Below are positions 37,169 to 47,459 of a stretch of 64,000 nucleotides of DNA, one piece after another. The DNA lies in the NCBI GenBank assembly GCA_014297435.1, contig JACOQA010000001.1:96001-160000 (forward strand), in the 5' to 3' direction. Made by a program: the position numbers and the translations under genes. The notes under the pieces were generated by a model that ran no database searches, was not told the origin of the DNA, and saw only the letters and a program-made list of their open reading frames with translations. The DNA is from Candidatus Nanohaloarchaea archaeon. Lineage in GTDB: Archaea > Nanohalarchaeota > Nanosalinia > Nanosalinales > Nanosalinaceae. Numbering within the stretch: the first letter of the stretch is position 1; each line of letters opens with the position of its first letter.

Positions 37169-37417
37169 ATGCAACAGGTTACCTCCGTAACTGATAGAAT
37201 GAGGGAGATGGCTGAGGAGTCATCTATTCCTTCAAATGTTGCGGAAATGCTTGAGGAAGCTGCGGACAAGCTTGAAGATGAAGATGAAGAACTTTCTGTA
37301 AGAGTCAACACGGCGGCATCACTTCTTGATCAGATCAGCAACGATCCTAACATCAAGCAGCATACCCGGACACAGATCTGGAACCTGGCTTCAAAGGTCG
37401 AAAACCTCGACAGCTAG
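37169..37417 (+). CDS. UPF0147 family protein
   Basis: S.P.NV, ISNDPN...HTRT.IW. Confidence 0.88.
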   Translation: MQQVTSVTDRMREMAEESSIPSNVAEMLEEAADKLEDEDEELSVRVNTAASLLDQISNDPNIKQHTRTQIWNLASKVENLDS

Positions 37418-37490
37418 GCTCCAGAACCCGGGAAAACACAAGCTATAAAAGCGTTAGAGCATCAGTTCGAACTAAGAGGTAACACAAAAG

Positions 37491-37859
37491 ATGGGATTAG
37501 GATTTCTCAACTCCGATCAGGAGGAAGAAAACGAAAATATAGTTGAAGACGACTTCGTCGAACTCGATGCTAAGATGACGGAGAAAACTGAGAAAGTTGT
37601 TGTAAGAGCAGAGACGCTTAAAGAATTCGAAGATATCGAAGAAGTACAAGAACATCTGAGAAACGATCACATCGTCTGGCTCAATATCAAGCCTTTGAAG
37701 AATAGAGACATGACAGACCTCAAGAGAGCTGTCAAGAGATTGAAGAAGACAATCAAGGCTGTAGATGGAGATATGGCTGGAGTAGACGAAGACTGGATCG
37801 TTGCCACACCAGGTTATGCAGAGATCGCAAGAAGCAGCGATCAGGTAGAATCAGAATAG
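37491..37859 (+). CDS. sepF: cell division protein SepF
   Basis: N-terminal MGLGF, D.VEL, LKRAV..LK, GD.AG, TP. Confidence 0.9.
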   Translation: MGLGFLNSDQEEENENIVEDDFVELDAKMTEKTEKVVVRAETLKEFEDIEEVQEHLRNDHIVWLNIKPLKNRDMTDLKRAVKRLKKTIKAVDGDMAGVDEDWIVATPGYAEIARSSDQVESE

Positions 37860-37861
37860 GT

Positions 37862-38281
37862 GTGAATCCCGTGGAAGAGGATGATTCTCTTCTTGACCAA
37901 TCATCTTATAGAAGAGAATTTATCTCTGGCGGCTTCTATGAGGATGAGCGAAGCGAACTGCAGAATGACAAGCTCAGATCAGCTGTTTTATGCGGTTCGA
38001 TGATTGCAAGTGTTTTTGCCGGAACTATAGCTTTAGGGAAGACGGAGTACGAAGTAGAAGTTGATTTCGAAGATTATAATGGCTCCGAAGACTTAGATGT
38101 TGAAATCTACTCTAATGGCGAACTAACGAAGGATATGAATGTTTCATCTGAAGGTTTCCGGACGGAGCTTGAATCAGGAAACTACAAAATACAGATTTCT
38201 GATTCAGATAATACTATAAGCCAAGAATTTGATATTAGCTCGTTGAACCAGGAACTCTCTTTCTCACTTGAAGATCTTTAG
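37862..38281 (+). CDS. hypothetical single-TM protein with a beta-rich C-terminal domain
   Basis: YRREF, one hydrophobic segment, L.SG.Y.I pattern. Confidence 0.6.
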   Translation: MNPVEEDDSLLDQSSYRREFISGGFYEDERSELQNDKLRSAVLCGSMIASVFAGTIALGKTEYEVEVDFEDYNGSEDLDVEIYSNGELTKDMNVSSEGFRTELESGNYKIQISDSDNTISQEFDISSLNQELSFSLEDL

Positions 38282-38505
38282 TGCTTCTCAAGTCCAAGTT
38301 CATCTCTGACGTCTTCCATGGTATCTTCTAGCTGCTCGATTCTTTCGACTACGTTTCCTATGCCGAAGCGGACGAATTCCTGAACACAGTCCTTGCAGTA
38401 GATCTCATCGTCAAACTTGATCGCGTCATCCGGAAGCCTTCCACGGTCTTTGCCGCCGAAATCGATTATGTCGCCACAGTTGGAGCATTTTTTCTCGTAA
38501 ACCAT
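38278..38505 (-). CDS. small zinc-finger protein
   Basis: CSNCG...YCKDC plus short coiled coil. Confidence 0.7.
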   Translation of the reverse strand: MVYEKKCSNCGDIIDFGGKDRGRLPDDAIKFDDEIYCKDCVQEFVRFGIGNVVERIEQLEDTMEDVRDELGLEKH

Positions 38506-38545
38506 AATCTATTACAGAGAATACTAGAATAAAAAGGAAATTAAT

Positions 38546-40426
38546 TTAGTTGAACCTGGAGATCTCCAGGTTCTGCGGTGCGGAAGTGTCGATGTGAAGC
38601 GACTTGTGAAGCGTTGAAGCCAACTGGAAACATTTCTTTGTCTCACCGTGGTTCGTCAACACCTTGTTAGGTGAAGATCTCAGGTTCCTGCAGAAGTTGA
38701 TGATCTGCTGCCTATCGCTGTGAGCCGAGAAACCTTTGACCGAATGAGTGTCCAGGTTTACTTCGACCTGTTCGCCGTTTACTTCGATCCTGTCAGCTCC
38801 GTTCTCGATTTCTCTTCCAAGGGTTCCATCGGCTTGGTAACCTACGAAGATCATCGAGTTCTTCTCGTTAGGAGCCAGATATTTCAGGTACTCCATTACG
38901 GGTCCGCCTGTAACCATACCGGAAGTTGTTAGAATGACGGAAGGTCCTCCATCTATTGCCTCCTTCCTTTCTTCGTGAGATGCGATGGCTTTCAGGTTAT
39001 CTTTCAGGAAAGGCGAATCGTCCTCTTTCATTATCTTGTCCTGAACTTTCTCCGAGAGGAACTCCGGGTAGGTTGTGTGGAGGGCGTTTACGTCGTTGAT
39101 CATGCCGTCCATGTAGACGGTGTAATCATCGAAGTAGTCTCTATCAAGTTCGTCGGCCAGCATTCCCAGTATCTCCTGAGAACGACCTAGAGCGAACACA
39201 GGTACTAATACTTTGCCTCCTTTGTTCAAGGTCTGTTTCATCTTTGAGAGGAACTGTTTCTGGGCTTTCTCTCTTGGCTGCTGTTTGTCTCCCTTACCCC
39301 CATATGTTGACTCGGTTATCATGGTTTCGACACGTTGGAAGTTTGTGTCGGCTGGACGAAGCATCTCTGACTGGTCGTAGTTGTAGTCTCCAGTGTAGAG
39401 AATGTTGTGGAGCCCCTCTCCGACGTGGATGTGAACAAGTGATGAGCCAAGTACGTGTCCTGCGTTCTTCAAAGTCAAACGCATGTCCGGAGTGATGTCA
39501 GTAACCTCACCATAGTCCGGGGTGATCGTTCTCTTGACCGCTTTCTTGATATCTGAGGAATCGTAAGGCGCCTTCTGATTCTCCTTATGAGATATTCCGA
39601 TGTAATCGAGGCACTGCATGATCATGATGTCTCTTGTAGGCTTCGTGCAGTAAAGAGGTCCATCGTAACCCATCTTGTAGAGGTAAGGGATCATGCCCGC
39701 GTGGTCCATGTGTGCGTGTGAAAGCACAACGGCATCCAGTTCCTGAAGATTTAGTTCTGGCGCATTCAGGTAAGGATAGTTGTCCTGGCTTCCCGACTCT
39801 GCGGAAGGATCTATACCGCAGTCCATCAAGATGTTTGACTCTTCTGTCTGTAGAAGGAAACAGGAGCGTCCTACCTGTCTACAACCGCCTAAACCTCCTA
39901 GACGGATCCATTCGTTGCCTACAGATTTTTCAAGCCTGATTTTCTTGCCTACGTCGTGAAGGAAATCCTTCCTAAACTCTGGATCTTCTACAGTTAGTTC
40001 TCTCGCACGGTCAACGACTTTTGAGTTAATCGAAGGTTTTCTTTCTACCTGTGGTGACCAGAGGGTCTTTTCCCTGATCTCGTCTAGACCGCTTCCACGG
40101 TTGCCGATAACGCTTCCAGGTTTTTCCGCTCTTATAATTACTTTTCCGAGCGAAGGCTGGAAGATCAGGTCATCAAGACCTGCTTCATCATTAACTATCT
40201 CCTCAATCTTCTTTTCTGCTTTCTCGGCAGGTTTGAAGAGCTTCGAGGAAGGTCTTACTTCGACTCTTTTCTTCAGTTCTGATACTATCTGTTTTACAGT
40301 GTCTGAGTTATCGAGGAAGAATTCTCTACTCGAGGTATAGATTACGATATCTGATGCCTCGAATCTTATGTCTTCCACGTCCGCGTTCGCGGGCAAAAAC
40401 TGTTTTACATCTTCTAGTTCTTCCAT
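38546..40426 (-). CDS. fttA: beta-CASP ribonuclease aCPSF1 / termination factor FttA
   Basis: KH domains, VGRS, HAHMDH, AGH, ESTYG, FSAHSD. Confidence 0.96.
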   Translation of the reverse strand: MEELEDVKQFLPANADVEDIRFEASDIVIYTSSREFFLDNSDTVKQIVSELKKRVEVRPSSKLFKPAEKAEKKIEEIVNDEAGLDDLIFQPSLGKVIIRAEKPGSVIGNRGSGLDEIREKTLWSPQVERKPSINSKVVDRARELTVEDPEFRKDFLHDVGKKIRLEKSVGNEWIRLGGLGGCRQVGRSCFLLQTEESNILMDCGIDPSAESGSQDNYPYLNAPELNLQELDAVVLSHAHMDHAGMIPYLYKMGYDGPLYCTKPTRDIMIMQCLDYIGISHKENQKAPYDSSDIKKAVKRTITPDYGEVTDITPDMRLTLKNAGHVLGSSLVHIHVGEGLHNILYTGDYNYDQSEMLRPADTNFQRVETMITESTYGGKGDKQQPREKAQKQFLSKMKQTLNKGGKVLVPVFALGRSQEILGMLADELDRDYFDDYTVYMDGMINDVNALHTTYPEFLSEKVQDKIMKEDDSPFLKDNLKAIASHEERKEAIDGGPSVILTTSGMVTGGPVMEYLKYLAPNEKNSMIFVGYQADGTLGREIENGADRIEVNGEQVEVNLDTHSVKGFSAHSDRQQIINFCRNLRSSPNKVLTNHGETKKCFQLASTLHKSLHIDTSAPQNLEISRFN

Positions 40427-40485
40427 TCTTGAATCAACTTTGAGTATAGAGATTGAAATTAAAATTTAGGGAATGAGAAGAAGCT

Positions 40486-41136
40486 TTATTCAAGCTTCGA
40501 CTCGACTTCTTTTTCTTCGAGAACGTTGTAACCATTCTCGGTGATCTCGACGACCATGATTCCGTTTCCGGAAGCTGTGTCTCTTTCCATAGCTGCCTCG
40601 ACTGCTCTTGTTGCAATCTTCTTTCCTTCCTCGTGATCCATTCCTTCTTCGTAGTTGTCCTCTAGGACTCCGTAAGCCATCTGGGATCCTGAACCTGTCG
40701 AGGTGAACCGTGAGTGCTCCATTAGTCCGCCTGTAGGATCAAGATCGAATAAAACGCCTGAACCATCATCGTTCAGCCCTCCAAGGATGAACTGGTTGAA
40801 GAACGGCATCATCTTGTTCGCGTGCAGAATGTTTGCAAGTAATGTGCCTGCACCTCTGACTGTCAGCTCTCTTGTCTCGAGCTTGTGGAGCTTAAGCTGG
40901 GAGCGCATCGTTCTAACAACTTTCTGTGCATCTCCTACGCTTCCTGCGATCGTCATCCCGATGTTGTCATCGAGCTTGTAGACCTTCTTTGCGTACTTCG
41001 ATGCTGTAAGTCTTCCCATCGAAGCCCTTCTATCGGCCGCAAGGATCACTCCATCTTCCGTCGTTAGTCCTACCGTTGTCGTGCCGGTTTTGAATCCTTC
41101 AATATCTTCTTTCTGTTCTAGTTGAGTATTCTGCAT
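40486..41136 (-). CDS. psmB: proteasome subunit beta
   Basis: Propeptide then KTG|TTTVG, AADRRAS, GSGS, RD.ASG. Confidence 0.97.
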   Translation of the reverse strand: MQNTQLEQKEDIEGFKTGTTTVGLTTEDGVILAADRRASMGRLTASKYAKKVYKLDDNIGMTIAGSVGDAQKVVRTMRSQLKLHKLETRELTVRGAGTLLANILHANKMMPFFNQFILGGLNDDGSGVLFDLDPTGGLMEHSRFTSTGSGSQMAYGVLEDNYEEGMDHEEGKKIATRAVEAAMERDTASGNGIMVVEITENGYNVLEEKEVESKLE

Positions 41137-41478
41137 ATAAGACACCCGAGAAAATTTCACAGGCTGGAAAGCCGCACAGTCCGAATTACTGTACTATTGA
41201 ATGATTCCGGGTTCAGATTTAAATAGGTATTCCGACTCAGGAAACCACTTTTTATAAGATTTCCAGGTTGAAATTCAGATTATGAGTCAGGCAATCAAGG
41301 GTGGACGCTTTATCGTCCGGAAAACTGCATTCTATAAATAGGTCTGACTACAAATTAACTGAAGTTTTCTCAACTATTGTATCTGTCTCAATTATCTCTA
41401 TTATCTTCATTATTTCGTAGAACCGGCTTCTCTCCAGTAAAACGGCGGGAAGCCCCTTTTCTTTGATGTGATCTACAA

Positions 41479-41970
41479 ATGCAAACACGAGCACTACCCA
41501 ACACAGATGAGCACGAAGAGGAAAACCAGAAACAAATCCACAGCTATGATCCGGAGAATAACTGGGAAAGATTTGACCCATCAGAGTCTTGGGTGTCCAA
41601 CGAGGATCTTTCTACAGCCGCCGAATACCTTGACTCGATGGAAGCCGGTGTTAAACCTCACGAAGTCTTCCAGAAAGGCGATTATGTGAGACTCGAGAGG
41701 GCTGGTGAAAGAGTTGTAGAAGGAGAGCTCCACGCTGTTGTAGAAGAGATGGGGTCGGACCGGTACTTCCTTGAGATCGATACTTCTGAAACCTTGAATA
41801 GTGGACTGAACCGTGAAAGTTATGTGATACCTTTCAAGCTTGAAGCTTCCGACTTCGATATCTCGAACGATTCAAGGACGGAGGTCTACCTGAACGGTTC
41901 TGAAAGTGAGGTTGCGAGGCTGGAGCCCGGTCTGGAAAACGGTATGGATTCCGACGTCTATACCGGTTAG
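41479..41970 (+). CDS. hypothetical acidic protein
   Basis: Acidic ORF followed by a T-rich tract. Confidence 0.6.
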   Translation: MQTRALPNTDEHEEENQKQIHSYDPENNWERFDPSESWVSNEDLSTAAEYLDSMEAGVKPHEVFQKGDYVRLERAGERVVEGELHAVVEEMGSDRYFLEIDTSETLNSGLNRESYVIPFKLEASDFDISNDSRTEVYLNGSESEVARLEPGLENGMDSDVYTG

Positions 41971-42018
41971 AAACTAAAGCCTTCTCCCCTCAATTCTTTT
42001 TTGTAGAGGAATTAAAGA

Positions 42019-43134
42019 ATGACGAGTTTCAAGGATCTAGGTTTAAAGAAGAATATTGTTGAGAACTTGAAGTCGGAAGGGATAACCGAGCCGACAGAAG
42101 TACAGGAAAAGTCGATACCGAAAGTTTTCGAAGGAAAAGACCTCCTGGTAGAATCCGAGACAGGTTCCGGGAAAACCTTCGCCTTCTCACTTCCAATAAT
42201 CAACTCAGTTAAAGGCGACGAGACCAAGGCACTGGTTCTATCGCCTACTAGAGAGCTGGCAAAACAGATAACAGCCGAGTTGGAGAAAGCTGCTGACAAG
42301 GCAGAAATCGTTACAATTTATGGGGGAGTAAGTTATGAACCTCAGATAGAAGGCGCAAAAACAGCAAACATTATTGCTGGAACCCCTGGCAGAGTGCTAG
42401 ACCTTCTTAAACAGGGGAAGATCGAACTGGAGGAACTGGAATACTTTATTCTGGACGAGGCCGATCGGATGCTTGACATGGGCTTCCAGGATGAGTTAGA
42501 ACAGATAATAAGCTTCATTCCCGAAGAACGCCAGAATCTTTTGTTCGGTGCAACTATTCCGAGAGAGTTGAAGAAGATGTGCGATCGTTACGATATCGAT
42601 CCGGAAACTATCCGGATCAAGGCATCAAGACATACAAGAAACCTTGATGAGAAATACATCGATGCCGATAGCAATAGGAAGCTATCCACACTCTACACTT
42701 TGTTAGAGGAAAGAGAACGCGATCTATCAATTGTTTTCTGCAGAACGAAGAACACTACTCGTTGGCTTGCGGACAAGCTAAGAACGAACGGTATTGAGGC
42801 ACAGGAGCTTAACGGCGATATGTCCCAGCATCAGAGAGAAGAGACTGTTGACCGTTTCGAGGATAAAGAGTTCCGTGTAATTGTTGCGACCGATGTTGCC
42901 GCTCGAGGGCTTGACATAGAAAACGTAACCCATGTCTTCAACTACGATGTTCCTGACACTCCTGATACCTACACGCACAGGGTTGGAAGGGCAGGTAGAC
43001 AGGGTGCTGAAGGTGAAGCAGTCACACTTCTTGAGAACGATGATCACCGGAAGTTCAGACAGATCAAGAGAAAGAAAGATGGTATATCGAGGATAGATCG
43101 AGATGAACTTGATCTGAAGAGGGTGAAAACTTGA
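42019..43134 (+). CDS. DEAD-box RNA helicase
   Basis: Q motif, TGSGKT, PTRELA, TPGR, DEAD, ARGLD, HRVGRAGR. Confidence 0.96.
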   Translation: MTSFKDLGLKKNIVENLKSEGITEPTEVQEKSIPKVFEGKDLLVESETGSGKTFAFSLPIINSVKGDETKALVLSPTRELAKQITAELEKAADKAEIVTIYGGVSYEPQIEGAKTANIIAGTPGRVLDLLKQGKIELEELEYFILDEADRMLDMGFQDELEQIISFIPEERQNLLFGATIPRELKKMCDRYDIDPETIRIKASRHTRNLDEKYIDADSNRKLSTLYTLLEERERDLSIVFCRTKNTTRWLADKLRTNGIEAQELNGDMSQHQREETVDRFEDKEFRVIVATDVAARGLDIENVTHVFNYDVPDTPDTYTHRVGRAGRQGAEGEAVTLLENDDHRKFRQIKRKKDGISRIDRDELDLKRVKT

Positions 43135-43212
43135 ACAAGTTTGTCAGACCAACTCTTCCTATTTAAAGGTCGGGCTTCAATCTTTGGATATTCAAGGAGG
43201 TGTTTGAGTTTT

Positions 43213-43404
43213 ATGCAAGGTACAGTTAAGTTCTTCCACGACCAGAAGAAGTACGGCTTCATCGAGTCGGAAGAGACTGACGACGACGTATTCTTCCACA
43301 TCAGCGAGCTTGATGTTGAAGAAGTAGAGGAAGGAGCTGACGTCGAGTTTGAGCAGGAAGAAGGAGACAAAGGTCCACAGGCTGTCAACGTTGAACTGGT
43401 TTAA
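43213..43404 (+). CDS. csp: cold-shock protein
   Basis: GTVKFF...KYGFI, DVFFH, KGPQA.NV. Confidence 0.96.
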   Translation: MQGTVKFFHDQKKYGFIESEETDDDVFFHISELDVEEVEEGADVEFEQEEGDKGPQAVNVELV

Positions 43405-43584
43405 TCCAGTTTGTTGATCAGCGTTTCTTCACACAAACTTTTTCTTTATAATTTTGAGATTATGGAAATCCCTCCGTTAATCGTTACCTATTTAACGATT
43501 CTAGATATTAAGACAGGTTATGAGTCAGGGCGTATCCAAAGAAAGTTTTGCTGAGTTTGACGCCCTCTATATGTATTATTTCTA

Positions 43585-43938
43585 TTGAAGTACATCCCTC
43601 GCTATTTCAAGAGGGCTTTTAACTGGAAAGGTGCTTCTAACATGGAACAAAAAGTACAAGGCAACGCCACGCAACTCCAAAAACCGGGTAGGAAACCATC
43701 AGAAGAATTACAGCAACACTATGAACGTCTCAAAGAAAACCACGGAATCCCTCACTTTATATCGGACGTTGATAGCCGGGACGTACCCAGAATTGTTGGA
43801 ATGTTCGACAACGAATACGTGAAGTACTACGGCAAGTATGTCGACGAAGAAGCATTCTCAGAGTTCATACAAGCTATGGGAATAGAAGACGTAAAACCGG
43901 ATGGAGGACACGAAAACGAGACAGTTGTCAGGCTTTGA
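43585..43938 (+). CDS. hypothetical protein (start uncertain)
   Basis: ORF between csp and the M20 gene; alternative ATG at 43642. Confidence 0.45.
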   Translation: MKYIPRYFKRAFNWKGASNMEQKVQGNATQLQKPGRKPSEELQQHYERLKENHGIPHFISDVDSRDVPRIVGMFDNEYVKYYGKYVDEEAFSEFIQAMGIEDVKPDGGHENETVVRL

Positions 43939-43948
43939 GGTGAGAATA

Positions 43949-45016
43949 ATGCAGGAGAAAGAAGAAATAATCGAGGTTACACAGGATCTGGTGGAGTTCA
44001 AAACCGTTAAAGGAAACGATGAAGAGTTTGAGAAGGCGTTTGAATACGTCAAGAACTACTTCGAAAATCAGGGTTTAGAACTTTTTGAGCATGAGGAGAA
44101 CGACCATAGAACGATTGTAATAGCAACTGATGAAAACCCTGATCTCATGCTTCATGGCCATGTAGATGTAGTAGGTGCTGAAGATTCCATGTTCCAGCCT
44201 CGAACTGAGGAAGGAAAGCTTTACGGAAGAGGAAGTGCTGACATGAAACTTGGTCTTGCCTGTTTGATGAAGCTGATGAAAGAGATCGATCATGAGAGAT
44301 CTGTAGGACTGATGATTGTCTCAGACGAAGAGATTGGAGGTTTTGATGGTGCCGGAAACATTATGGAGAACGATGTCTACACTCCAGAATTCGCTGTTAG
44401 TGCAGAGCCGGAGAGTTCAGGTTCTTGGACCATAACCGTCGAGCAAAAGGGAGTTGTTAGAGCGATCGCGTCCTCCACAGGAAAGAACGCTCACGGTTCA
44501 AAGCCGTGGAAAGGAGAAAACGCTGCGGAAATGCTTTTCGAGAAGTTCCAGGAATTGAAGAAAAACTTTGAAGGCTCTGAGAGTACTTGGAGTTCAACGG
44601 TCAATCTCGGAAGCTTCGAGTCAGGTGAAACATTTAACGTGGTTCCGGACAGGGCGGAAGCAAGGCTCGATATCAGGTGGACCAAAGACTATCCTCCTGA
44701 AGAGATAAAGAAGGATGCGGAATCGATAGAGGGTCTGGAGTACGAGGAGCTTACAGTCGACCCTATGCTATACACCGAAAAAGATGATGAAATGGTTGAA
44801 ACCCTCAAGTCGATCGTAAATGAAACCATGAAAGAGAAGGTTTCTATAGGGAGGTGGGAGGCAGCCAGCGACATGAGGCATTTCTCCGACAGAGGGATAC
44901 CTTCCGTTGTATTCGGTCCGAAAGGACATAATATACACGAGGACGAGGAATACGCCGATCTTTCATCAGTGGAGAAATACTACCAGACTATGGAAAGGTT
45001 TGCCGGGGAGTTCTAG
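43949..45016 (+). CDS. M20 family metallopeptidase (ArgE/DapE-like)
   Basis: GHVDVV, GRGSADMK, DEE, AHGS.PW.G.NA, NVVP, H..EE. Confidence 0.92.
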   Translation: MQEKEEIIEVTQDLVEFKTVKGNDEEFEKAFEYVKNYFENQGLELFEHEENDHRTIVIATDENPDLMLHGHVDVVGAEDSMFQPRTEEGKLYGRGSADMKLGLACLMKLMKEIDHERSVGLMIVSDEEIGGFDGAGNIMENDVYTPEFAVSAEPESSGSWTITVEQKGVVRAIASSTGKNAHGSKPWKGENAAEMLFEKFQELKKNFEGSESTWSSTVNLGSFESGETFNVVPDRAEARLDIRWTKDYPPEEIKKDAESIEGLEYEELTVDPMLYTEKDDEMVETLKSIVNETMKEKVSIGRWEAASDMRHFSDRGIPSVVFGPKGHNIHEDEEYADLSSVEKYYQTMERFAGEF

Positions 45017-46284
45017 TTCTGGAACTTCTCGGCTCTATCCCTTACTTCTTCCACGAGGTTGTTCTCATGGATCTCGACTGACTTACCTTCTTCAACAACT
45101 AGGTCTCCATCGACGAGAACTTCGGAGACGTTTCCGTTAAACGAGTAAACCAGGTTCGAGATCAAACCGTCTTTACCGAAACGCGGATTCATCGAAATCT
45201 TATCGACATCAATCATCGCGAGATCGGCTTTCTTTCCTTCCTCGATCGATCCTATCTCGTCTTCCATACCTAACGCTTTGGCTCCATTTATCGTCGCCAT
45301 GTCAAGAACGTCCTGTTCTGTTAGTTTGGAGGGATCATCTCTCTTGTGTAAGAGACCTGTGAGTTTCATCTCCTGAAACAGGTTTAGTGAGTTGTTGGAG
45401 GCTGCGCCATCAGTTCCCAGCGCAACGTTGATCCCGTTTTCCATCATCGAATTGATGTCGGCGATCCCTGATCCAAGCTTCAGGTTTGCAGCTGGGTTAT
45501 GCGCAACGGTCGCATTATTCTCTTCCATAATCTTCCTGTCCCTGTTTGTCAACCATGTAGAATGGGCTGCAATCAGATCCTCGTCCACCATTCCATGGTT
45601 CTTCAGGTACTCTACAGGGGTCATTCCGTGTTCTTCGAGTGCATCGCTGTTTTCCTGCATCGTTTCTGAAACATGGATATGGAACGGAACGTCGTGAAGC
45701 TTCGAGTAATTTTTCGCATATCTTAGAAGTTCGTTGGAACAAGTGTAGATCGAGTGCGGTGCGATACCGGGAACTATTCTGTTCTCATCGCGGTAACGGT
45801 CTAGGAAGTTGACAGCGTTTCGAAGCTCTTCCTCCGTATCTTCTTCTATATCGATCATTCCGACCGAAAGCATCGCTCTGATACCTGAATCTTTCACTGC
45901 TTCGGCCACAGAGTCCATGTGGAAGTACATGTCGTTGAAAGTTGTTGTGCCTGATTTCAGCATCTCAACGGATCCAAGTAAAGCACCTATGTATGCATCC
46001 TGCTCATCTAGCTTTTCCTCTGCAGGAAAGATGTCCTCGTTCAACCATCTCTCCAGTTCTTTGTTATCGGAGATCCCTCTCAACAAGGTCATCGATGCAT
46101 GTGTATGCGCATTTATCAGTCCAGGTATAACGATACGATCGGAGCTATCGACCTTTCGATCATCGTAATCAAGACTTCCTCCGATCTCAACGATTCTATC
46201 ATCTTTTATCCTGAGATCAACATATTCAAGGACTTCGCGGTTCTCGTTCTGCGTTACCAGATAACGGATGTTTTGAAGAATCAC
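45013..46284 (-). CDS. amidohydrolase (MtaD/SsnA-like deaminase)
   Basis: NAHTH, PHS.YT, HVSET, LKLGSG, LGTDG.ASNN. Confidence 0.92.
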   Translation of the reverse strand: MILQNIRYLVTQNENREVLEYVDLRIKDDRIVEIGGSLDYDDRKVDSSDRIVIPGLINAHTHASMTLLRGISDNKELERWLNEDIFPAEEKLDEQDAYIGALLGSVEMLKSGTTTFNDMYFHMDSVAEAVKDSGIRAMLSVGMIDIEEDTEEELRNAVNFLDRYRDENRIVPGIAPHSIYTCSNELLRYAKNYSKLHDVPFHIHVSETMQENSDALEEHGMTPVEYLKNHGMVDEDLIAAHSTWLTNRDRKIMEENNATVAHNPAANLKLGSGIADINSMMENGINVALGTDGAASNNSLNLFQEMKLTGLLHKRDDPSKLTEQDVLDMATINGAKALGMEDEIGSIEEGKKADLAMIDVDKISMNPRFGKDGLISNLVYSFNGNVSEVLVDGDLVVEEGKSVEIHENNLVEEVRDRAEKFQN

Positions 46285-46322
46285 ACCGTTATTATTGAAG
46301 AATGAATGTTAAATAGAGAAAG

Positions 46323-46571
46323 TTAAGTAGGGCCTTTAGAAAGCAAAGCCTCCTTTATAGAGAACGATTTATCTCTCCTCGACAGAATAATGATTCCTAG
46401 TATGAAGACGATTATTCCGATGAATACTGCCGTTCCCTCAAGTTCCGGTAGGTCGAAAAACAGGTCTCCGACAACCAAAAAGAATCCTATAATGGTTAGG
46501 CCTTCCGCCAACCTGCTAGAAACATCTCCTAGCCCCACAAAGTCTAGGAGAAAGTCTAACGCACCGTCCAT
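46323..46571 (-). CDS. small two-TM membrane protein
   Basis: Two hydrophobic helices and a basic C-tail. Confidence 0.65.
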   Translation of the reverse strand: MDGALDFLLDFVGLGDVSSRLAEGLTIIGFFLVVGDLFFDLPELEGTAVFIGIIVFILGIIILSRRDKSFSIKEALLSKGPT

Positions 46572-46653
46572 GCTGGAAACTCAAATCATCCTTGATTATA
46601 CTTTTTATGGAGAGACCGGAACTTCCTTTAGAACCGAGCCATACAAATGGAAT

Positions 46654-47217
46654 GTGAATCAAAAAAAATTTCTGGAAATCGAATGCAGCAAACTTCCCGG
46701 AATCTTGACAGAGGACTACATTAAAGCGTTGAATGCCTTGGTGACTGAGCCTCCAAGCAAGAACGGGAAAACCGTGGAGCCGAACACCGTAGAAAAGGTT
46801 TCAGTAGGATCTATGGAAGAGTTCGAGTTCGGTAGAGAAGAAGACTACCACCAGTTAAGACCGGACGGGGAAGGAATAATTCAAAGTCTGGTTCAGACAA
46901 TTCTTCCTTACAAATGCAAGGAAAGAAACGATGCTTTGTGGTTAACCGCTGTAATTATGAATCATGTGGCGGAGAATCAGGCTTTCGGAGAGGGTAACAA
47001 GAGAACAGCATACCTTTCCGGCACACTTTTCTGGATCTGGGCGCAATACGAAGCCGATCTAAGCCAAGGTGTCTACGTAGATCTTACAGTCGATTTCACG
47101 GATCTTCTTTCCGAAGTTGCTATCGATGAAAAAGGCGCTGAAGATATCTATCGTTACCTGAGAAATATTCTTTCGAAAGAAACTAATGTGGAAACTTTCA
47201 ACCAGCTTAAAAACTAG
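46654..47217 (+). CDS. Fic/Doc-family protein (His->Gln motif variant); start uncertain
   Basis: QAFGEGNKRTAY versus Doc HxFxDGNKRTA; GTG start chosen to avoid overlap with the divergent gene. Confidence 0.78.
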   Translation: MNQKKFLEIECSKLPGILTEDYIKALNALVTEPPSKNGKTVEPNTVEKVSVGSMEEFEFGREEDYHQLRPDGEGIIQSLVQTILPYKCKERNDALWLTAVIMNHVAENQAFGEGNKRTAYLSGTLFWIWAQYEADLSQGVYVDLTVDFTDLLSEVAIDEKGAEDIYRYLRNILSKETNVETFNQLKN

Positions 47218-47405
47218 AACTCTACCCTGCTTGCCTTTTTCTCCTTGTCTAGGAGTTTTCTGTAGATATTTCTGGCTTTCTGGATAAGTCTGTGCTGGCG
47301 TTTCTCCTTCGCGGACTCTTCCGAAGCCAGTCTTTCAAGGCCTTCCTCGTTGTCCTCGATAACTTTCTCGGCCCATTCCTTTTCCTTATCCTCCAGATCC
47401 GACAT
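47214..47405 (-). CDS. small protein, candidate Doc antitoxin
   Basis: AEKVIEDNEEGLERLA resembles Doc-neutralising antitoxin tails; stop overlaps the Doc-like stop. Confidence 0.55.
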   Translation of the reverse strand: MSDLEDKEKEWAEKVIEDNEEGLERLASEESAKEKRQHRLIQKARNIYRKLLDKEKKASRVEF

Positions 47406-47459
47406 AGGAAGCAATTAGCTCTGAATCATTAAAAGAAGATGTGGAAGAAGCAGAAAGGT

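Noticed and set aside
41280-43530. TTATGAGTCAGG present in two intergenic regions (about 41280 and 43518)
   Set aside because: Single 12-mer with unrelated flanks and short downstream frames; not enough to call a repeat or a site
46390-46653. N-terminal 88 aa of the Fic/Doc ORF
   Set aside because: Mostly overlaps the divergent membrane-protein gene; likely start overcall
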